From: the human T2T-CHM13v2.0 reference genome, Homo sapiens
Length of the DNA stretch: 64,000 nucleotides
Reading direction: 5' to 3' (one strand)
Assembly (NCBI RefSeq): GCF_009914755.1
Contig: NC_060947.1
Positions 48,045 to 63,699 of this stretch are shown one piece after another. The position numbers were made by a program, and so were the translations under genes. How positions within the stretch are numbered: the stretch's first letter is position 1; every line of letters starts with the position of its first letter. The notes beneath the pieces were generated by a model. That model did not search any database, was not told the origin of the DNA, and saw only the letters and a program-made list of their open reading frames with translations.

Positions 48045-48302
48045 TCACTTTTTTTTTTTAATCTCACTTTTATTTTGGCTGCTCAACTTCCGCTTCATAT
48101 CTTGCTTCTTGCTCACCTGCCCCTTTACCTTTCTTCTGCTCTCATGCTCTCACTCATTCTGCCCTTTATTCAACCTCCAATTCCTCTGCTATTCTCTTAG
48201 TGACCTTTGTCACTTGGGAAGTACTTGCATGAATCCAGAGACATCCAAATTAAAGTTGTAACTTTGCAGGCTGTGGAGTATTCATTAAGGTTCTATTGCT
48301 AC

Positions 48303-49182
48303 TGTAAAACAAAAATGAAATTCTAAATCCCCAATCAACTGAATAGACCCCGTCTTCTCTTGGCCAAGGGGATCTCCCCCCACCACAAATAATCTGAAAA
48401 ACTAGTTCAGGCCATGACTGGAAGGTGTCAGACAGGCCTTGTTATACCTGCTCCCTTTGGAGCTTATATCCAACTGACCTAAGGCTAAAACAGAGCTCAT
48501 AAGACTGACAAAACAGACCCTCTGTGGCAATAAGATACCAAATTCCAACCTGACTCTGGTATAGCATCACATGACAGATTGTAGACCCTGAAGGAAATCA
48601 AAGTACTTTACACCAAAATAGATTTTCTTTGAGATATTTTGAAGTGGCCCTGCAAAGCCATTGCTCGTGGGACAAATGTGGATTTTTTAGGAAATCTCCT
48701 TCCCTTTCTTTTCCTGATCCTGAGAGATTTAACTAACAATCTGACATTTAAGCCCTGTAAAGAGAGACATTTACCATCTATTCTCTCTGAACCATGCTAC
48801 TTAGAGACTTCATCTATGTAACAAGAACCTTGGCTTCTGCAACCCCCTAAACTCAAGTATTTCTCTCCACTGATTTCAACTCTTTAGGCAAAGCTTAACT
48901 CTTTCAACCAACTGTCAATCAGGAAACCTTTGAATCCACCTATGACCTGGAAGCCCCTGCTTGGAGATGCCTTGTCTTTCCCAGCCGAACTAATGTATTC
49001 ATTACATGTATTGATTTATGCCTTTGCCTGTAACTTCTGTCTTCCTAAAATGTATAAAATGAACCTGCAACCCAAGCACATTGGGCACATATTCTCAGGA
49101 CCTCTTGAGACTGTGTCACTCATATTTGGTTCAGAATAAACCTCTTCAGTAATTTACAGAGTTTGGCTCTTTTTTGTCAACA
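48303..49182 (+). mobile_element. MER4 family solo LTR (MER4D/E-like)
   Basis: tgtaaaacaaaaatgaaattctaa...gtttggctcttttttgtcaaca; TSD cta(c/t). Confidence 0.88.
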
Positions 49183-49573
49183 CTATGAGCCCAGTTAAAA
49201 AAGAAAGGCAAACTGAAATTTTTACTTAACATTGATTAATCAGTAATTAACAAGGCAGTATGGTAAAACATAAGATATACAAAGTAAAGTAAAATTGATA
49301 GTTATTCAAAAGAAGCTAAACATAAGATATTAAGATGAGTTAATAACAATGTGCAAAAACTATCCAGTATTCTAAACAATTAAAAAAAAAAGATATATAT
49401 CAAGAATAATCAAAGTATGGGAAAGGACAATTTTTAAATTCCACACATAATTAAACATGCAAAATATGCTGAGAAATAAGTAAATGGTTTTTGATAGAGA
49501 CATACAATGAAAAGTTGACCAATGAAAGATAAGACATTAAAAATTAAGTCAATAAAAGGTAAAATAAACAAAT

Positions 49574-49890
49574 AGGCTGGGTGCCGTGGCTCACGTCTGT
49601 GAGCACTTTGGGAGGCTGAGGAAGGTGGATCACTTTAGCCCAGAAGTTCAAGACCAGCCTGGGAAACAGCAAAACTCTGTCTCTACAAAAAATAAAATGA
49701 AAAGAATTAGCCAGATGTGGTGGTGTGCACCTGTAACCCAAGCTACTCTGGAGGCTGAGGTGAAGGATCACTTAAGCCCAGGAAGTCGAAGCTGCAATGA
49801 GCCATGATTGCACTATTGCACTCCAGCTTGGTCGACAGAGCAAGACTTTGTCTCAAAAAACAAGCAAACCAAAAAACCCCCAAAATAAAA
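49574..49890 (+). mobile_element. AluJ
   Basis: Diverged dimeric Alu. Confidence 0.9.
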
Positions 49891-50155
49891 GCAAATAAGC
49901 ATGAAATGCACACACACAAAAATGACAACAAGATCAGTTCTTCTCATTAACATTCACCCAGGAGGGCAACTGGGATGTTTTCGACTAACTCATTCTCAGG
50001 GTTGGAATTTTAAGACTACACCATGACTTGGAGATATGTTACAAAGGAAATGAAACATTTTTCTTATTTCTGCACTTTTCCCACTGCTAGAATCCCACTG
50101 CTAGAATGATATTCATAACCACCCTCAAGCAAAATAGAAGAATGGGTAGCAGATA

Positions 50156-50166
50156 TGTGTGTGTGT

Positions 50167-50200
<34 letters not shown>
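50156..50200. repeat. (TG)n microsatellite
   Basis: Direct observation. Confidence 0.95.
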
Positions 50201-50203
<3 letters not shown>

Positions 50204-50633
50204 ACATTTGCTCTACCTGATAGGTAGAACTGAGTTTCTCATTTGATTTATTTCATTTTCTTCATCTCCCTTTGAAATTTTTTCTGTATAGAATTGGTGT
50301 TACTTTTTAAGTGAAATTGCAAAGAATGGATATCATTATAATACAAATTTTTAAAAAGTTACATCATTGTGGAATAAAAATGGTATCTTGCTTTGAAAGT
50401 AGAAAAGCTTATCAATGCCCTTTTCTGAGTAGAAATTCAGTATAAAAAAATCACCTCAACAAAGAGAAGTCAATTTTTTAATTGGAATGAGGTGGAACTG
50501 AACGTACTCTGCAAGAGAGGAAACTGCTTATTCTTTGAGCATCTCCCAAGAGACACGCTGTCTATAAACATCTCAAGAAAATGAAGGAACTTTATTTTTA
50601 GTAACTTTGTACAGAAACCTTGCTAGGTTCTAC

Positions 50634-50636
<3 letters not shown>

Positions 50637-50664
<28 letters not shown>

Positions 50665-50948
50665 GTGAAGGAGTCTCACTCTGTCACCCCGGCTGGAGTG
50701 CAATGGCAAGATCTTGGCTCACTGCAACTCCGCCTCCTGGATTCAAGCTATTCTCCTGCCTCAGCCTCCCGAGTAGCTGGGATTACAGGTGCCTGCCACC
50801 ACGTCCCGCTATTTTTTTTTTGTATTTTTAGTAAAGACAGGGTTTCACCATGTTAGCCAGGATGGTCTCGATCTCCTGACCTTGTGATCCACCCGCCTCG
50901 GCGTCCCAAAGTGCTGGGATTACAGGCGTGAGCCACCAAGCCCGGTCC
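50637..50948 (-). mobile_element. AluSc-like
   Basis: Long T tract, full antisense body. Confidence 0.92.
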
Positions 50949-51823
50949 CACTTTTTTATTATTATTATTATTTTTATCACAAGCAGTTTGTAGTAGCAGG
51001 GGAAAAAACTACTAATAAAAACCTTTTATTGCATCCTCCCTTATGTCAGATATTTTCCATAGAACATTAAGTGCAAAATTCAGAAATACTTTTTTGAATG
51101 TTTGGGTGTATTATTTTTCTATTAAATTTTTGTATTTAAGGTAGTTTATGAATGATTTTAAGTTAATAATTTTTGCATAACTTTCACATTGTTACATTCA
51201 TGTCAGTTTTGCAACAAGTCTTTCTTAAGTAATTATTTTGTGTTTGTCAATTATTTTCTGAATTCTAATGATTTCAGTTTTATTGTTAACACCAGCATTG
51301 TGTACATTGTGGTAATGTAATAACCTTGTTTCAGTCACATCAGTTTCTTTGTTTCAGGCATATATTTTAATTACACATCAGTTCAATTAGACATCAGGCT
51401 CCCAGGGAAGAATTATGCATTTTACCCACAATACGAGTATGTTCTAATGTCTAATTTCTGTCTAGCTGTGCCTGGAGAAAGCTAAAATATTCATCTCTTT
51501 TGGTTAAAATTACATAATAGGATGACTTCTGCAACACACGGAAGATTTGATGGCAGTGTCTAATTTTTAAATTAAGATAATCTTCCATTAAAGATAATAT
51601 TTAATTATTTTTAAGATAATATTTAAGTAAGGAAGGCTGTCCATTCCTGTTTTCAAGTTAAAGGAAATGAGCACTGCTAGACTGAGATTGAGTCATAGCT
51701 GAGCATTGGCATTTACTGGACCCAATACTGTGTGGCTGTATAAGCATGTTTAAAACAAATCCATCTTTCAAGCTAATTTTGGGTTCTCATGCACTCTGTT
51801 AAATCACTATTCAAGAGTTTCTG

Positions 51824-51940
51824 GGCCAGGTGCAATGGCTGTTGCCTGTAATCCGAGCACTTTGGGAGGCAGAGGTTGGTGGATCACTTGAGGCCAGGAG
51901 ATTCAGACCAGATTGGGCAGCATAGTGAGACACTGTCTCT
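51824..51940 (+). mobile_element. FLAM / Alu left monomer
   Basis: Left arm only; TSD caagagtttct/caagttct-like. Confidence 0.83.
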
Positions 51941-53193
51941 AACACACATACAAGTTCTTGGACATTCGTTTGAAGAATATCCTTAACACTGAGAAATGCA
52001 CACTCTTGCACTCAATGAAATTGATTTATTTCCATTCACATCATCCTACATAATTATCTACCTTAAGCGTCCATGACAACTGAGTCTTCATGCAAATTAA
52101 AAATTGAATTTAAACTCAATTTTACCCCAGGATTCCATTTCCTCCCTCTTAATACCTCCAAAGTCTATTGGAATATAGTTCCTGTCATCAGTCAAATTCT
52201 GCCTTTCCTCTTTTTTACAAAGGTACCAATTTCTAAACCAGAAAGTTGTCCACACTACAGCCTATGCGTTGTCTAATCTGTTCATAATTATATATAACAA
52301 ACATTTTCTTCTCACTGTGGGCTTCTGACTTTGCATATCTGACAGGTTAACAATACCGTAGTATGTCCTTACGTATCATACATTGTCTACCTGAAATTGT
52401 CATTGATATTGGTTTGCTCTCTCTAATCCATCTGTTTCCTAAGGTCAGACAATAGGTACCAAGTAGAGAAAAAATAGATTTCACTGGCAACTCGTGTGCT
52501 AAGCTTCCATCAGAGTCTTATGCAGTTAATTCTGTACCATACATTTAATTCTGAAAGTCTACAAAGAGTTTCTTAGGTGAGATGGTGAAAAGTTTTTATT
52601 TTGTAGCCCTTTCAGTGTCCTTTTTGTTGCTTTTCTCCTGCTCAAAGTTTGGTGGGTGTTACCCTCAGTGTCTACGTTGTTACAGAGGGAGTCACTATGT
52701 TTCTCGCTGTCCGTCATGAAAATGAGAGGTGGGAGGTTATGTCTCACTCTGACTTCCTGTCTGACCATGAGGTTTGCATGCACTCAGATGCTGTGTCTCA
52801 TGGCATTGATGGTGAAAATTCCCCTTTATTTTACCCCATTTATTTGACTATCTGGGTTGAGGCATCTTTAGCATTGGCTTGGTGCCTTCTTTCTGTGTTT
52901 GACTTCCATGTAGATTCCTACCCCCCCCCAATAAAAATCCGACTCTGATGTTGGTCTGAGATGCTGAGGCAATTGGATGTTTCAGATGTACTGAATTTTT
53001 AAGGTAAAGCTGCTGCCACATAACAGATACATCATTCCATTCATGCTGGCATCTTCCTTAAAAATACAATTTACTTTATGGCATCTTTTTTTTTATTGTA
53101 TCTTTATCTCGTTACTGAAGAAAGCTGTGCTTAACAAGGGGAAGGTCCCTGCTTCAAGCTATGTCTTGAGAAAAGGTGAAATATATTTAATAA

Positions 53194-53490
<297 letters not shown>

Positions 53491-53582
53491 AACTCTGTTC
53501 TTGACATTCTAAATGTGTACATGTTATGTCTAATTACAAATTTTTGGTCACAAGTCTTTTTTAGCCGATTATGGTCTCCTAA

Positions 53583-54424
53583 CGTGTCCGGAATTGGTGG
53601 GTTCTTGGTCTCGCTGACTTCAAGAATGAAGCTACGGACCGTCACGGTGAGTGTGTTACAGTTCTTAAAGATGGTGTGTCCGGAGTTTGTTCCTTCTGAT
53701 GTTCGGACATGTCCGGAGTTTCTTCCTTCTGGTGGGTTCGTGGTCTCGCTGACTGCAGGAGTGACGCTGCAGACCTTCGAGGTGAGTGGTACAGTTCATA
53801 AAGATGGCGCGTCTGGAGTTGTTCGTTCCTCCCCGTGGGTTCGTGGTCTTGCTGACTTCAGGAGTGGAGCTGCAGACCTCCACGGTGAGTGTTACAGCTC
53901 ATAAAGGCAGTGCAGACCCAAAGAGTGACAGACCATCGCGGTGAGTGTTACAGTTCCTAAAGGTGGCGCGTCCTGAGTTCATTCCTCAAGTCCGGAGTTG
54001 TTCGTTCCTCAAGTCCGGAGTTGTTCATCCCTCCCAGGGGGGTTCGTGGTCTCGCTGGCTTCAGAAGTGAAGCTGCAGACCTTCGTCGTTAAGTGTTACA
54101 GCTCATAAAGGCAGCGCGGACCCAAAGAGTAAGCAGCAGCAAGTTTTATTGTGAAGAGGAAAGAACAAAACCCCCATAGAGTGGAAGGGGACCTGAGCAC
54201 ATTGCTGCTGCTAGCTCGGGTGGCCTGCTTTTATTCCCTTATTTGGCCCCACCCACATTCTGCTGATTGGTCCATTTTACAGAGAGCTGATTGGTCTGTT
54301 TTACAGAGAGCTGATTGGTCCATTTTGACAGAGTGCTGATTGGTGCATTTACAAACCTTTAGCTAGACAGAAAAGTTCTCCAAGTCCCCACTCGCCCTAG
54401 AAGTCCAGCCAGCTTCACATCTCA
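53583..54424 (-). mobile_element. LTR12 (HERV9) solo LTR, short variant
   Basis: gtgtccggaattggtgggttcttggtctc U5 repeats; reverse complement starts TGAGATGTGAAGCTGGCTGGACTT; perfect TSD CTAA. Confidence 0.93.
54223..54343 (-). promoter_or_regulatory. LTR12 promoter: 4 CCAAT (NF-Y) boxes plus AATAAAA TATA-like box
   Basis: ATTGG at 54266, 54290, 54314, 54339 (24/24/25-bp spacing); gcctgcttttatt at ~54223-54235. Confidence 0.65.
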
Positions 54425-55599
54425 CTAATGTGGGATATATTTATTTCTTCAGCTTCACAAAATTTTCCTCTACTATTAGGAATTTTGCATACAGCCTACT
54501 CTTTATTCTCTTGTCATGAAATTCATTTTAACTTAATTTCATAATGAATGGATTCAGCCTTAATGTTGCTTGGCTTTTTTTTTTCTTTCTTTTTTCATGA
54601 TCATTCTTGGTTTGAAATTCCTATTCTCATATTTGTTCTTCACCCATATCTAAATTGCTATTCATGCCATCCATTGATTTTTACATGTCAATGATGAAAA
54701 ATTAATTTTCTTCCTCTCCTTCTGATGTGATATTCTCCAGCATATGGCAGACAATGTCTTTGAAGATATTCAGTGTAGTTTATTTAAAACGTTGTTCTGT
54801 TTTCTCTGAGTTTCTTTGACTTTGTCATTCTCTGAACGTAAGTTCAGGGGATCTTGTTGACAGCACCGTATTTGTCCATTGTTGGTAATTTATTAAAGGT
54901 TTGGTTTGCTTTATGTTTAAGATTTGCTGAATTCTGTCTGCGAGTGGCATACACATCTGTTTATGGCAGTGTTTTCTCTGTGAGTGTGATAAGTTGTAGA
55001 ACATGCTTCTGGGAAGATGTATAGCATATGAGAGTGGTGAAGACAAAATAAATGTCTGTTGCCCTTTGAGAACATTTTCTGCTTGTGGAGTTTCTTCAGT
55101 ACTCTATGTTGACAAGCCATGTGTTAAGACAATGGAGAAAGAATCATACACCAAACAAATTTATATAGTGATAGCCTCACAAAAACTGATACCTTTTAAA
55201 TGAGATAAAGTGAGTGATTAGAACATAGAATTTTGTAATTTCCAAAAGGATTTTTAAAAAAATTTAAATAAAAAATGTAATATTATGTCAATTGATTATG
55301 ATTTCTGAAACTAGGTAAAAAAAAGAAACAATCATTTCTACCAAATCAGGTATCTAAAAAGGTCTGGAAAATCTATATTTGGTATGCAAGAAAAAAATTC
55401 TTAAAAGAGAATTAAAATCATTTTATGTGGGTTTGTGTAGGTTTTCCTAAATAATTTTAGGGCAATAAACTGTCCATCTTACTGCCAACAGTGCATGTAA
55501 ATTATAAAAAATAGACTAAGCATAATATCAAGAAAGAAACCATTGTAATGTACATGGACACGTACAACTCATAATTGTACTCATTGGAAATTATGCCAG

Positions 55600-56605
<1,006 letters not shown>

Positions 56606-56916
56606 AGTAAAAGAAAAAACTCATAAGTATCCTAATAACAAAGAAACAAAATATAGACACCCCACCTTCAACACACATCACATTTTAAAATCCAATAGTC
56701 TGAGTTATGACTTGGTTTTGATTTTTTTTTTTGGAGGGGGGCTTTCAAAACAAATCATGTACCAGTTATTTTCCCAACAGGAAAATATCTTTTCCCTAAT
56801 ATATCCATGGGTTTCTCTCATATTTAATTGTAGACTCTGCTGCTGAAAATTCACATTCTCATAGAAACCCTCTGTCCATCCTATAATAAAATGGAATCAC
56901 CCTAAAATCTCTATAC

Positions 56917-57137
56917 CAGGGGTCTCCAACTGTTACTACAAATGGTCAGATAATAGATATTTTAGGCTTTGTGAGTCAGTGGTTTCAGCCACATATGCTT
57001 AACTCTGCTGTTTTAGTGGGAAAGCATTCATATGCTGTATATAAGTGAATGAGTGTGGCAGTGTTCCAATAAAACTTTATTTACAAAAATGGGTGGAGAG
57101 CAACACCTGGCCCATGGGCTGTAGTTTCCAGACATTC
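56917..57137 (+). mobile_element. MER58A hAT MITE
   Basis: caggggtc...atattttaggctttg...gtgttccaataaaactttatttacaaaaa. Confidence 0.82.
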
Positions 57138-57149
57138 TTTGCTATAGTT

Positions 57150-57330
57150 ATAATTGTTTTGTTATAGGGCCTACAACTATGAGGACTTGATACCATATCA
57201 TATGAGTTTGTTTATTGCCTCTCTCCCTACATGATTTCCAACTCCATAAGAGTGTGTTGCTATATTCCCAGCACTTTGCTGGTTCACCATACAAAGTAGG
57301 CACAAAACAAACACTTGTTAAATGCATTCT
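57150..57330. mobile_element. L2 3' end fragment
   Basis: ttcccagcac...gtaggcacaaaacaaacacttgttaaatg resembles the L2 terminus. Confidence 0.55.
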
Positions 57331-57371
57331 TGGATTCCTGACTCAATAATTGAAATTCAAAAGTCCAAGAA

Positions 57372-57680
<309 letters not shown>

Positions 57681-58913
57681 TCGAAAGTCTAAGAAATAGC
57701 CAGAAAACATCAATGCTATTGAAATTTGATTTAACGTTTATGATACAGGTGCTTTGAAGATAAAACATCAACACCAAAACAAGATCACTGTTTTCAGGCT
57801 ATAACTTTTTATAAGGATTTAGAATCATCCAATAAAATACAACTTATTAAATATGTTTCACTCTCCGATAGAAATATTACAATTGTTGATTTTCCAAAAT
57901 TACTCGAAAGCGTTTTGGTAAACTGTTCATATTTTCAGAATATCTTCCCAAAAAAATAATCAAAAGATTTTAGGAATAGTTAACTCTAATGCCGCTTGGT
58001 TTACATGACATTCTCCTAGGAACTTAGGTGGTGATGAAGGGAATAAATTTTAGAATGAACTACAATTTTTATTATTCACTTAGTCTCTAATGCAGTGAAT
58101 AGAGTGACATTAAACACTCACTCCCAAGACAAAACAATTACCTTTTAAGACTACATTCCAAATACTAGATGCAGAAATTATCAGAAATACACCCGTGGCA
58201 AAGTGGCAATGTTCTTGCCATTCTAAATAGTTTACTGAAAACTCAGCTCAGACAATAAAACAACTGACTTACTGCAAAGATAAATGCAATAAAATTGAGT
58301 TGAATTAATATTTAAATTATACTCAGAAGGGAAAATAAGGCTACGTTAGAAAAAGTATAGGTTGCACAGAGGACAATTTCCGGTTTTAAAAAAGTGTAAT
58401 TTATAACCTGTATCAAATTGTTTTTACGGCATTTTTTAAAGTTCAAGGTTACAAGTGAGTTTCTATGCAAACAGTCCTAATTCTCTGTCTTTTCAGCACA
58501 TGCCATGTTGCTGATCATTCAGTGAAATATTCAAAATAAAGGTTTTTCTTTTGAAATGTAATTAATCAGACTACCTAAATATTATTAGGCAGACCATCTA
58601 TAATTAGGCAGACCATCTAACACACTGGGACATGTTTGTGGTGGAAGGGGAAAGTCGTAAATATGTGACACATGTGCGATAATCCATGGATTTCCTAAGC
58701 AAAAATAACTGGTGGCCACCCTAAGTAAAACCAATGTGTCATTTCAAAAGATGCCGAAAATAAAAATAACCTTGTGCTGCCATCAAATAAGGCCATCCAC
58801 TTAATAGCCAGAAATAAAAATCTTTTCAAAAGATCTTCATCCTATTGCTCAGAGTTAATAAAATTATTAATTCATTGATAAATGTAGTCAGCAAAAAAAT
58901 TAAATTGGTTGCC

Positions 58914-59192
58914 TTTTTTTTTTTTTTTTTCAAGACAAGGTTTTGCTCTGTCACCCAGGCTGGAGTGCAATGGTGCAATCTCGGCTCACTGAAACCTCCA
59001 CTTACTGGGTTCAAGTGATTCTCCTGCCTCAGCCTCCTGAGTAGCTGGGATTACAGGTGCCCACCAACATGCCCAGCTAATTTTTTTTGTATTTTTCGTA
59101 GAGACAGGGTTTCACCATGTTGGCCAGGCTGGTCTCGTACTCCTGACCTCAAGTGATCCACCAGCCTCGGCCTCCCAAAGTGCTGGAATTAC
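58914..59192 (-). mobile_element. AluSx-like, 5'-truncated
   Basis: T tail plus antisense body. Confidence 0.92.
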
Positions 59193-59288
59193 ACTAGACT
59201 TTGATTATCTTTTAAGTTCCAGTACTGCCAAGCACTGGCCATTCTTTCAATGAATGCTCATAATGTGTCATTTAAGTCAGCTGTCCTA

Positions 59289-60039
59289 TGTCATCTGAGA
59301 GACCAAAGAGAGATGCCTTTTTATCAACAAAGAGGGATCCTAAAATTAAGGAAACAAAAGTTACCTATGTGTGAAGGGTTCAGGCTCTGGTTGGCAAGGC
59401 AAATTTCTAAATTCCCATGGCTCAACTCCCTAAGATAAGAGCTATCAGGCAAATTACCCAACCCCTTCTAACTCTGATTTTCAATCCAGATCACTACAAC
59501 TCTGACTGGACAGAGGACTGGCCCCACAAACCTTCTTTTCTGCTAAGCAACTTCAGACCTTACCATCAGTTTCAGCAGCTTACAGAGGCTGTACACAAAT
59601 TGTCTTTGTGTCCTATTGTCCACTTTTTGACATAAAGAGCTTAATTCTACCTTATCGCCATCATAACCGTCATCATCATTATCAACATCCCCATCATCAT
59701 TGTCATCATCATCATCACCACCACCACCATTTTAAATGCTAAAACTTCACACCAAAGTGAACATGGGATGTATGTTACATATATGTCTACCCAATCTGCA
59801 TGAGCTTGGCTCCTCTCATAAATATGGATAGCTTTCCTCCCAAGGCTGCTGAATATGTGCGACTCTATTGTGTAATATGGACCCTGTGAGGCATAAAACC
59901 CAACCTGCCCTTCCCCTCTTCAAAAAGAGAGTATCTTCAGTCCACCCCAGAAACTATCTCTTCCCAGTTCGCAAACCAATTATCACCAATAAAGCTCTTC
60001 TTTCGACTGTTTAGCCATCCTGGTGTCTTTTGAATGCCA
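59289..60039 (+). mobile_element. ERV solo LTR (MER72-like) with internal (CAT)n block
   Basis: tgagagaccaaa...ttaaggaaacaaaagttacc; cataaaa TATA-like and aataaagc polyA signal; subfamily from recall only. Confidence 0.6.
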
Positions 60040-60047
60040 TGTAGGAA

Positions 60048-60350
60048 TCTTTTTTTTTTTTTTTCCTTTGAGACACGGTCTTGCTCTGTTGTCCAGGCCT
60101 GAGTGCAGTGAAGTTATCACAGCTCACTGCAACCTTGACCTCCTGGGCTCAAGCAATCCTCCTACCTCAGCCTCCTAAGTAGCTGGGACCATAGTCACAT
60201 GCCACCACACCTGGCTAATATATATATATAATATGTGTATATATATATATGTGTATATATATATGTGTATATATATGTGTGTATATATATATGTGTATAT
60301 ATGTGTGTATATATATGTGTATATATATGTGTGTATATATATATGTGTAT

Positions 60351-60383
<33 letters not shown>

Positions 60384-60516
60384 CACATACAATATATTGT
60401 AGAGATGGGGTCTCACTATGTTGCCCAAGCTGGTCTCAAACTTCTGGGCCTAAGTGATCCTCCCACTTCAGCCTCCCAAACTGCTGGTATTACAGACATG
60501 AGCCACATGTCTGGTC
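60048..60516 (-). mobile_element. AluJ with linker expanded into (TA)/(TG)/(CA) repeats
   Basis: Repeats 60218-60396; TSD tgtagga. Confidence 0.9.
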
Positions 60517-60825
60517 TGTAGGAGCTTTCGAAGGGACAAAGGTCGAGCCCAAACATATTTAGGGAGGAAAATTAAATGAATCGTGCATGAGCCCTCGTTT
60601 TTTGTTTGGGATACTAACGTGTTGGAAATCATCATCCCTTAAGAAATATAGGAGGAAGAATATTATGGAATTTGGATAAATCATAAGTCTTCCTCTTATA
60701 ATTTTGGAATCCTTTAGCTAATCTTAGATTCATTTTGGATAAGCATATTAAGTATATTTATGTGATATCCAAATGTGTATGTGTGAGAGATTACAGTTAC
60801 ATTTACTAAAGACATTTTAATATCA

Positions 60826-61437
<612 letters not shown>

Positions 61438-62319
61438 CAAGTTGTATTAGGGTCCAGAACTTAGCATAGAATTCTGGTCTAGTGATTGATTTGCAATGAC
61501 TGAGTAGAGGTGATTGCAGACAAGCATTTGGATCAAAGAACCCAATGTATTGGTTCTGTAGCCTTCAAAGGGTGGATAATTGTCTTGAGAATCATTATCT
61601 TCCTTCTTTTTTGTGACTTTTGATTAGCGTGCATGTCGAAGGAGTGAGGTGGGGTTAGAAAGCTTTCATAAAGACTAAGGACACACATCTTACCTTTATC
61701 TTATATTTTAAGGCATATCCCAAGCAACTATTCAACATGTTCAAGTTTTACTCTCCAATAAATATACTTGGTATTAAAGAAAGGTAAAAACAGATTTCTT
61801 CTGGCACTTTTCAGAAGCCTCCATGACATGGTGTCCAGCTCCCTGAATCTATGCCTATGATATGCCTTTAGGGAACAGGCCAATACTCCCTCCTCTTGGC
61901 TACCCAAAAAATGACTCCAGTGTACATTTCTGCCTATTTTTTTCAAGACACAAACTCATTAAAGGGGCATGGTGTTCTGTTCCTCTTCTTCCCTTTCAAA
62001 GCAGAGATCTGATATTCAGGGTAGTTTTCCAAGTTACAACTTGAAAGAAAATGTTCCTCAACTCTGCCAAATCACTTATTTCACCATTCTTGGTTTATGA
62101 ATCAAATTGTCATTAATTAATGAACACCAACACCACCCCATGAACCCCTTTCAGATAGAGTAGGAGTGTATTTAATTGAAGGTCAGTAACTTGGCCAAAC
62201 AAGAGTGCCATCTAAGCTGAACAGAGCCAGCCATTCTGGTTTCCCTTGAGGTATCTTTTATGAGCTATACTACAGTCAGTCATCTGGATCCTTGCTATCT
62301 CTTAGAAATCCCCCGAGAA

Positions 62320-62595
62320 TGGTTGGGCATGGTGGCTCACGTCTGTAATCCCAGCACTTTGGGAGGCAGAGGCAGGTGGATCACTTGAGGTCAGAAGTTT
62401 GAGACCCCTGGACAACAAGGGAAAATGCCATCTCTACTAAAAATACAAAAATTAGCCAGGCATAGTGGTGCACACCTGTGGTCCCAGCTATTTGGGAGAC
62501 TGAGGCATGAGAATCACTTGAACCTGGGAGGCAGAGGTTTCAGTGAGCTGAGATCACACCACTGCACTCCAGCCTGGGCAACAGAGCAAGACTCC
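62320..62595 (+). mobile_element. AluS lacking its A tail
   Basis: Ends ...acagagcaagactcc directly at THE1 boundary. Confidence 0.9.
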
Positions 62596-62967
62596 ATATT
62601 AGTCTGTTCTCATGCTGGTAATAAAGATATACCTGAGACTATAAAGATATACCTGAGACTGGGTAATTTATAAAGGAAAGAGGTTTAATGGACTCACAGT
62701 TCCATGTGTCTGGGTAGGCCTCACAATCATGGTGGAAGGCAAGGAGGAGCAAAGGCATGTTTTACATGGTGGCAGGCAAGAGAGCTTGTGCAGGGAAACT
62801 CCCACTTATAAATCCATCAGGTCTCATGAGACTCATTCACTACCATGAGAACAGTATGGGGGAAACCACCCCCATGATTTAATTATCTCCACCTGGCCCC
62901 GCTCTTGACACATGGGGATTTACAATTCAAGGTGAGATTTGGGTGGGCACACAGACAAACCATATCA
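62596..62967 (-). mobile_element. THE1D/MSTA solo LTR
   Basis: atattagtctgttctcatgctg...caaaccatatca; 20-bp tandem duplication at 62621-62660. Confidence 0.9.
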
Positions 62968-63001
62968 CCTGGATTTGTCTCTGCTCAAATAAAAGCCAGG
63001 A

Positions 63002-63002
<1 letters not shown>

Positions 63003-63047
<45 letters not shown>
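63003..63047. repeat. (TG)n microsatellite
   Basis: About 22 perfect units. Confidence 0.96.
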
Positions 63048-63049
<2 letters not shown>

Positions 63050-63699
63050 TTTCATAAATGGGTATTTAATATGTATATATATGTTTAATATATATGTAAA
63101 TGTGTTTTAAATATATATTTTTAAATAAATGAGTTTTTAATTCAAAAAAATATAAACATTACAAATGACATTGTTGATCTATTTGATCTGAGATGGGGGC
63201 TCCTTTGCTAGAGTAGTTTCCTTCCATTCGTTGTCAAAACATTACCTTCATAAGGCACCATGACTTATTCTCGAGTACTAACTAAAATTGTTCATAGCTT
63301 TGTAAACAACAAAGCCACAGGCAGAATAGGTATGGTCACCAAGCCCACAAGGTTCTTAGATCTCATAGCTACCGAACTTTAGGAAAATCCTCATGGGAGT
63401 TACTTCAGCCAGTTTCAACTCCTTAACAGGTGACACATCACCTACATCTGAAAAGAGCAGTCTGCCAAGGGAGTTAAGCAAAGATAAGGAAAGTTTATAA
63501 TAAATGGCTCAATTTATTCTACAGGGAAGACCTTAAAAATATAATGCAAAATCTGATTTTGTCCTGGATGTGTTTGTAAGTTGGACATGACATTTCTACA
63601 TAAGTAGGAAAGAAAAAATACCTCAATTTCTTTATTATTTCACACATTTCAATAACATATTCTATCTGATTAAATCCTTACAACGATGAGAAGATTTTA

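Noticed and set aside
54255-54350. Regularly spaced 24-bp repeats resembling a CRISPR-like array
   Set aside because: Tandem LTR12 U3 CCAAT repeats without unique spacers; eukaryotic context, no cas genes.
58584-58619. Short tandem duplication attaggcagaccatcta (also cccactgctagaat at ~50081-50108)
   Set aside because: Ordinary small duplications; no independent significance beyond the general repair-scar note.
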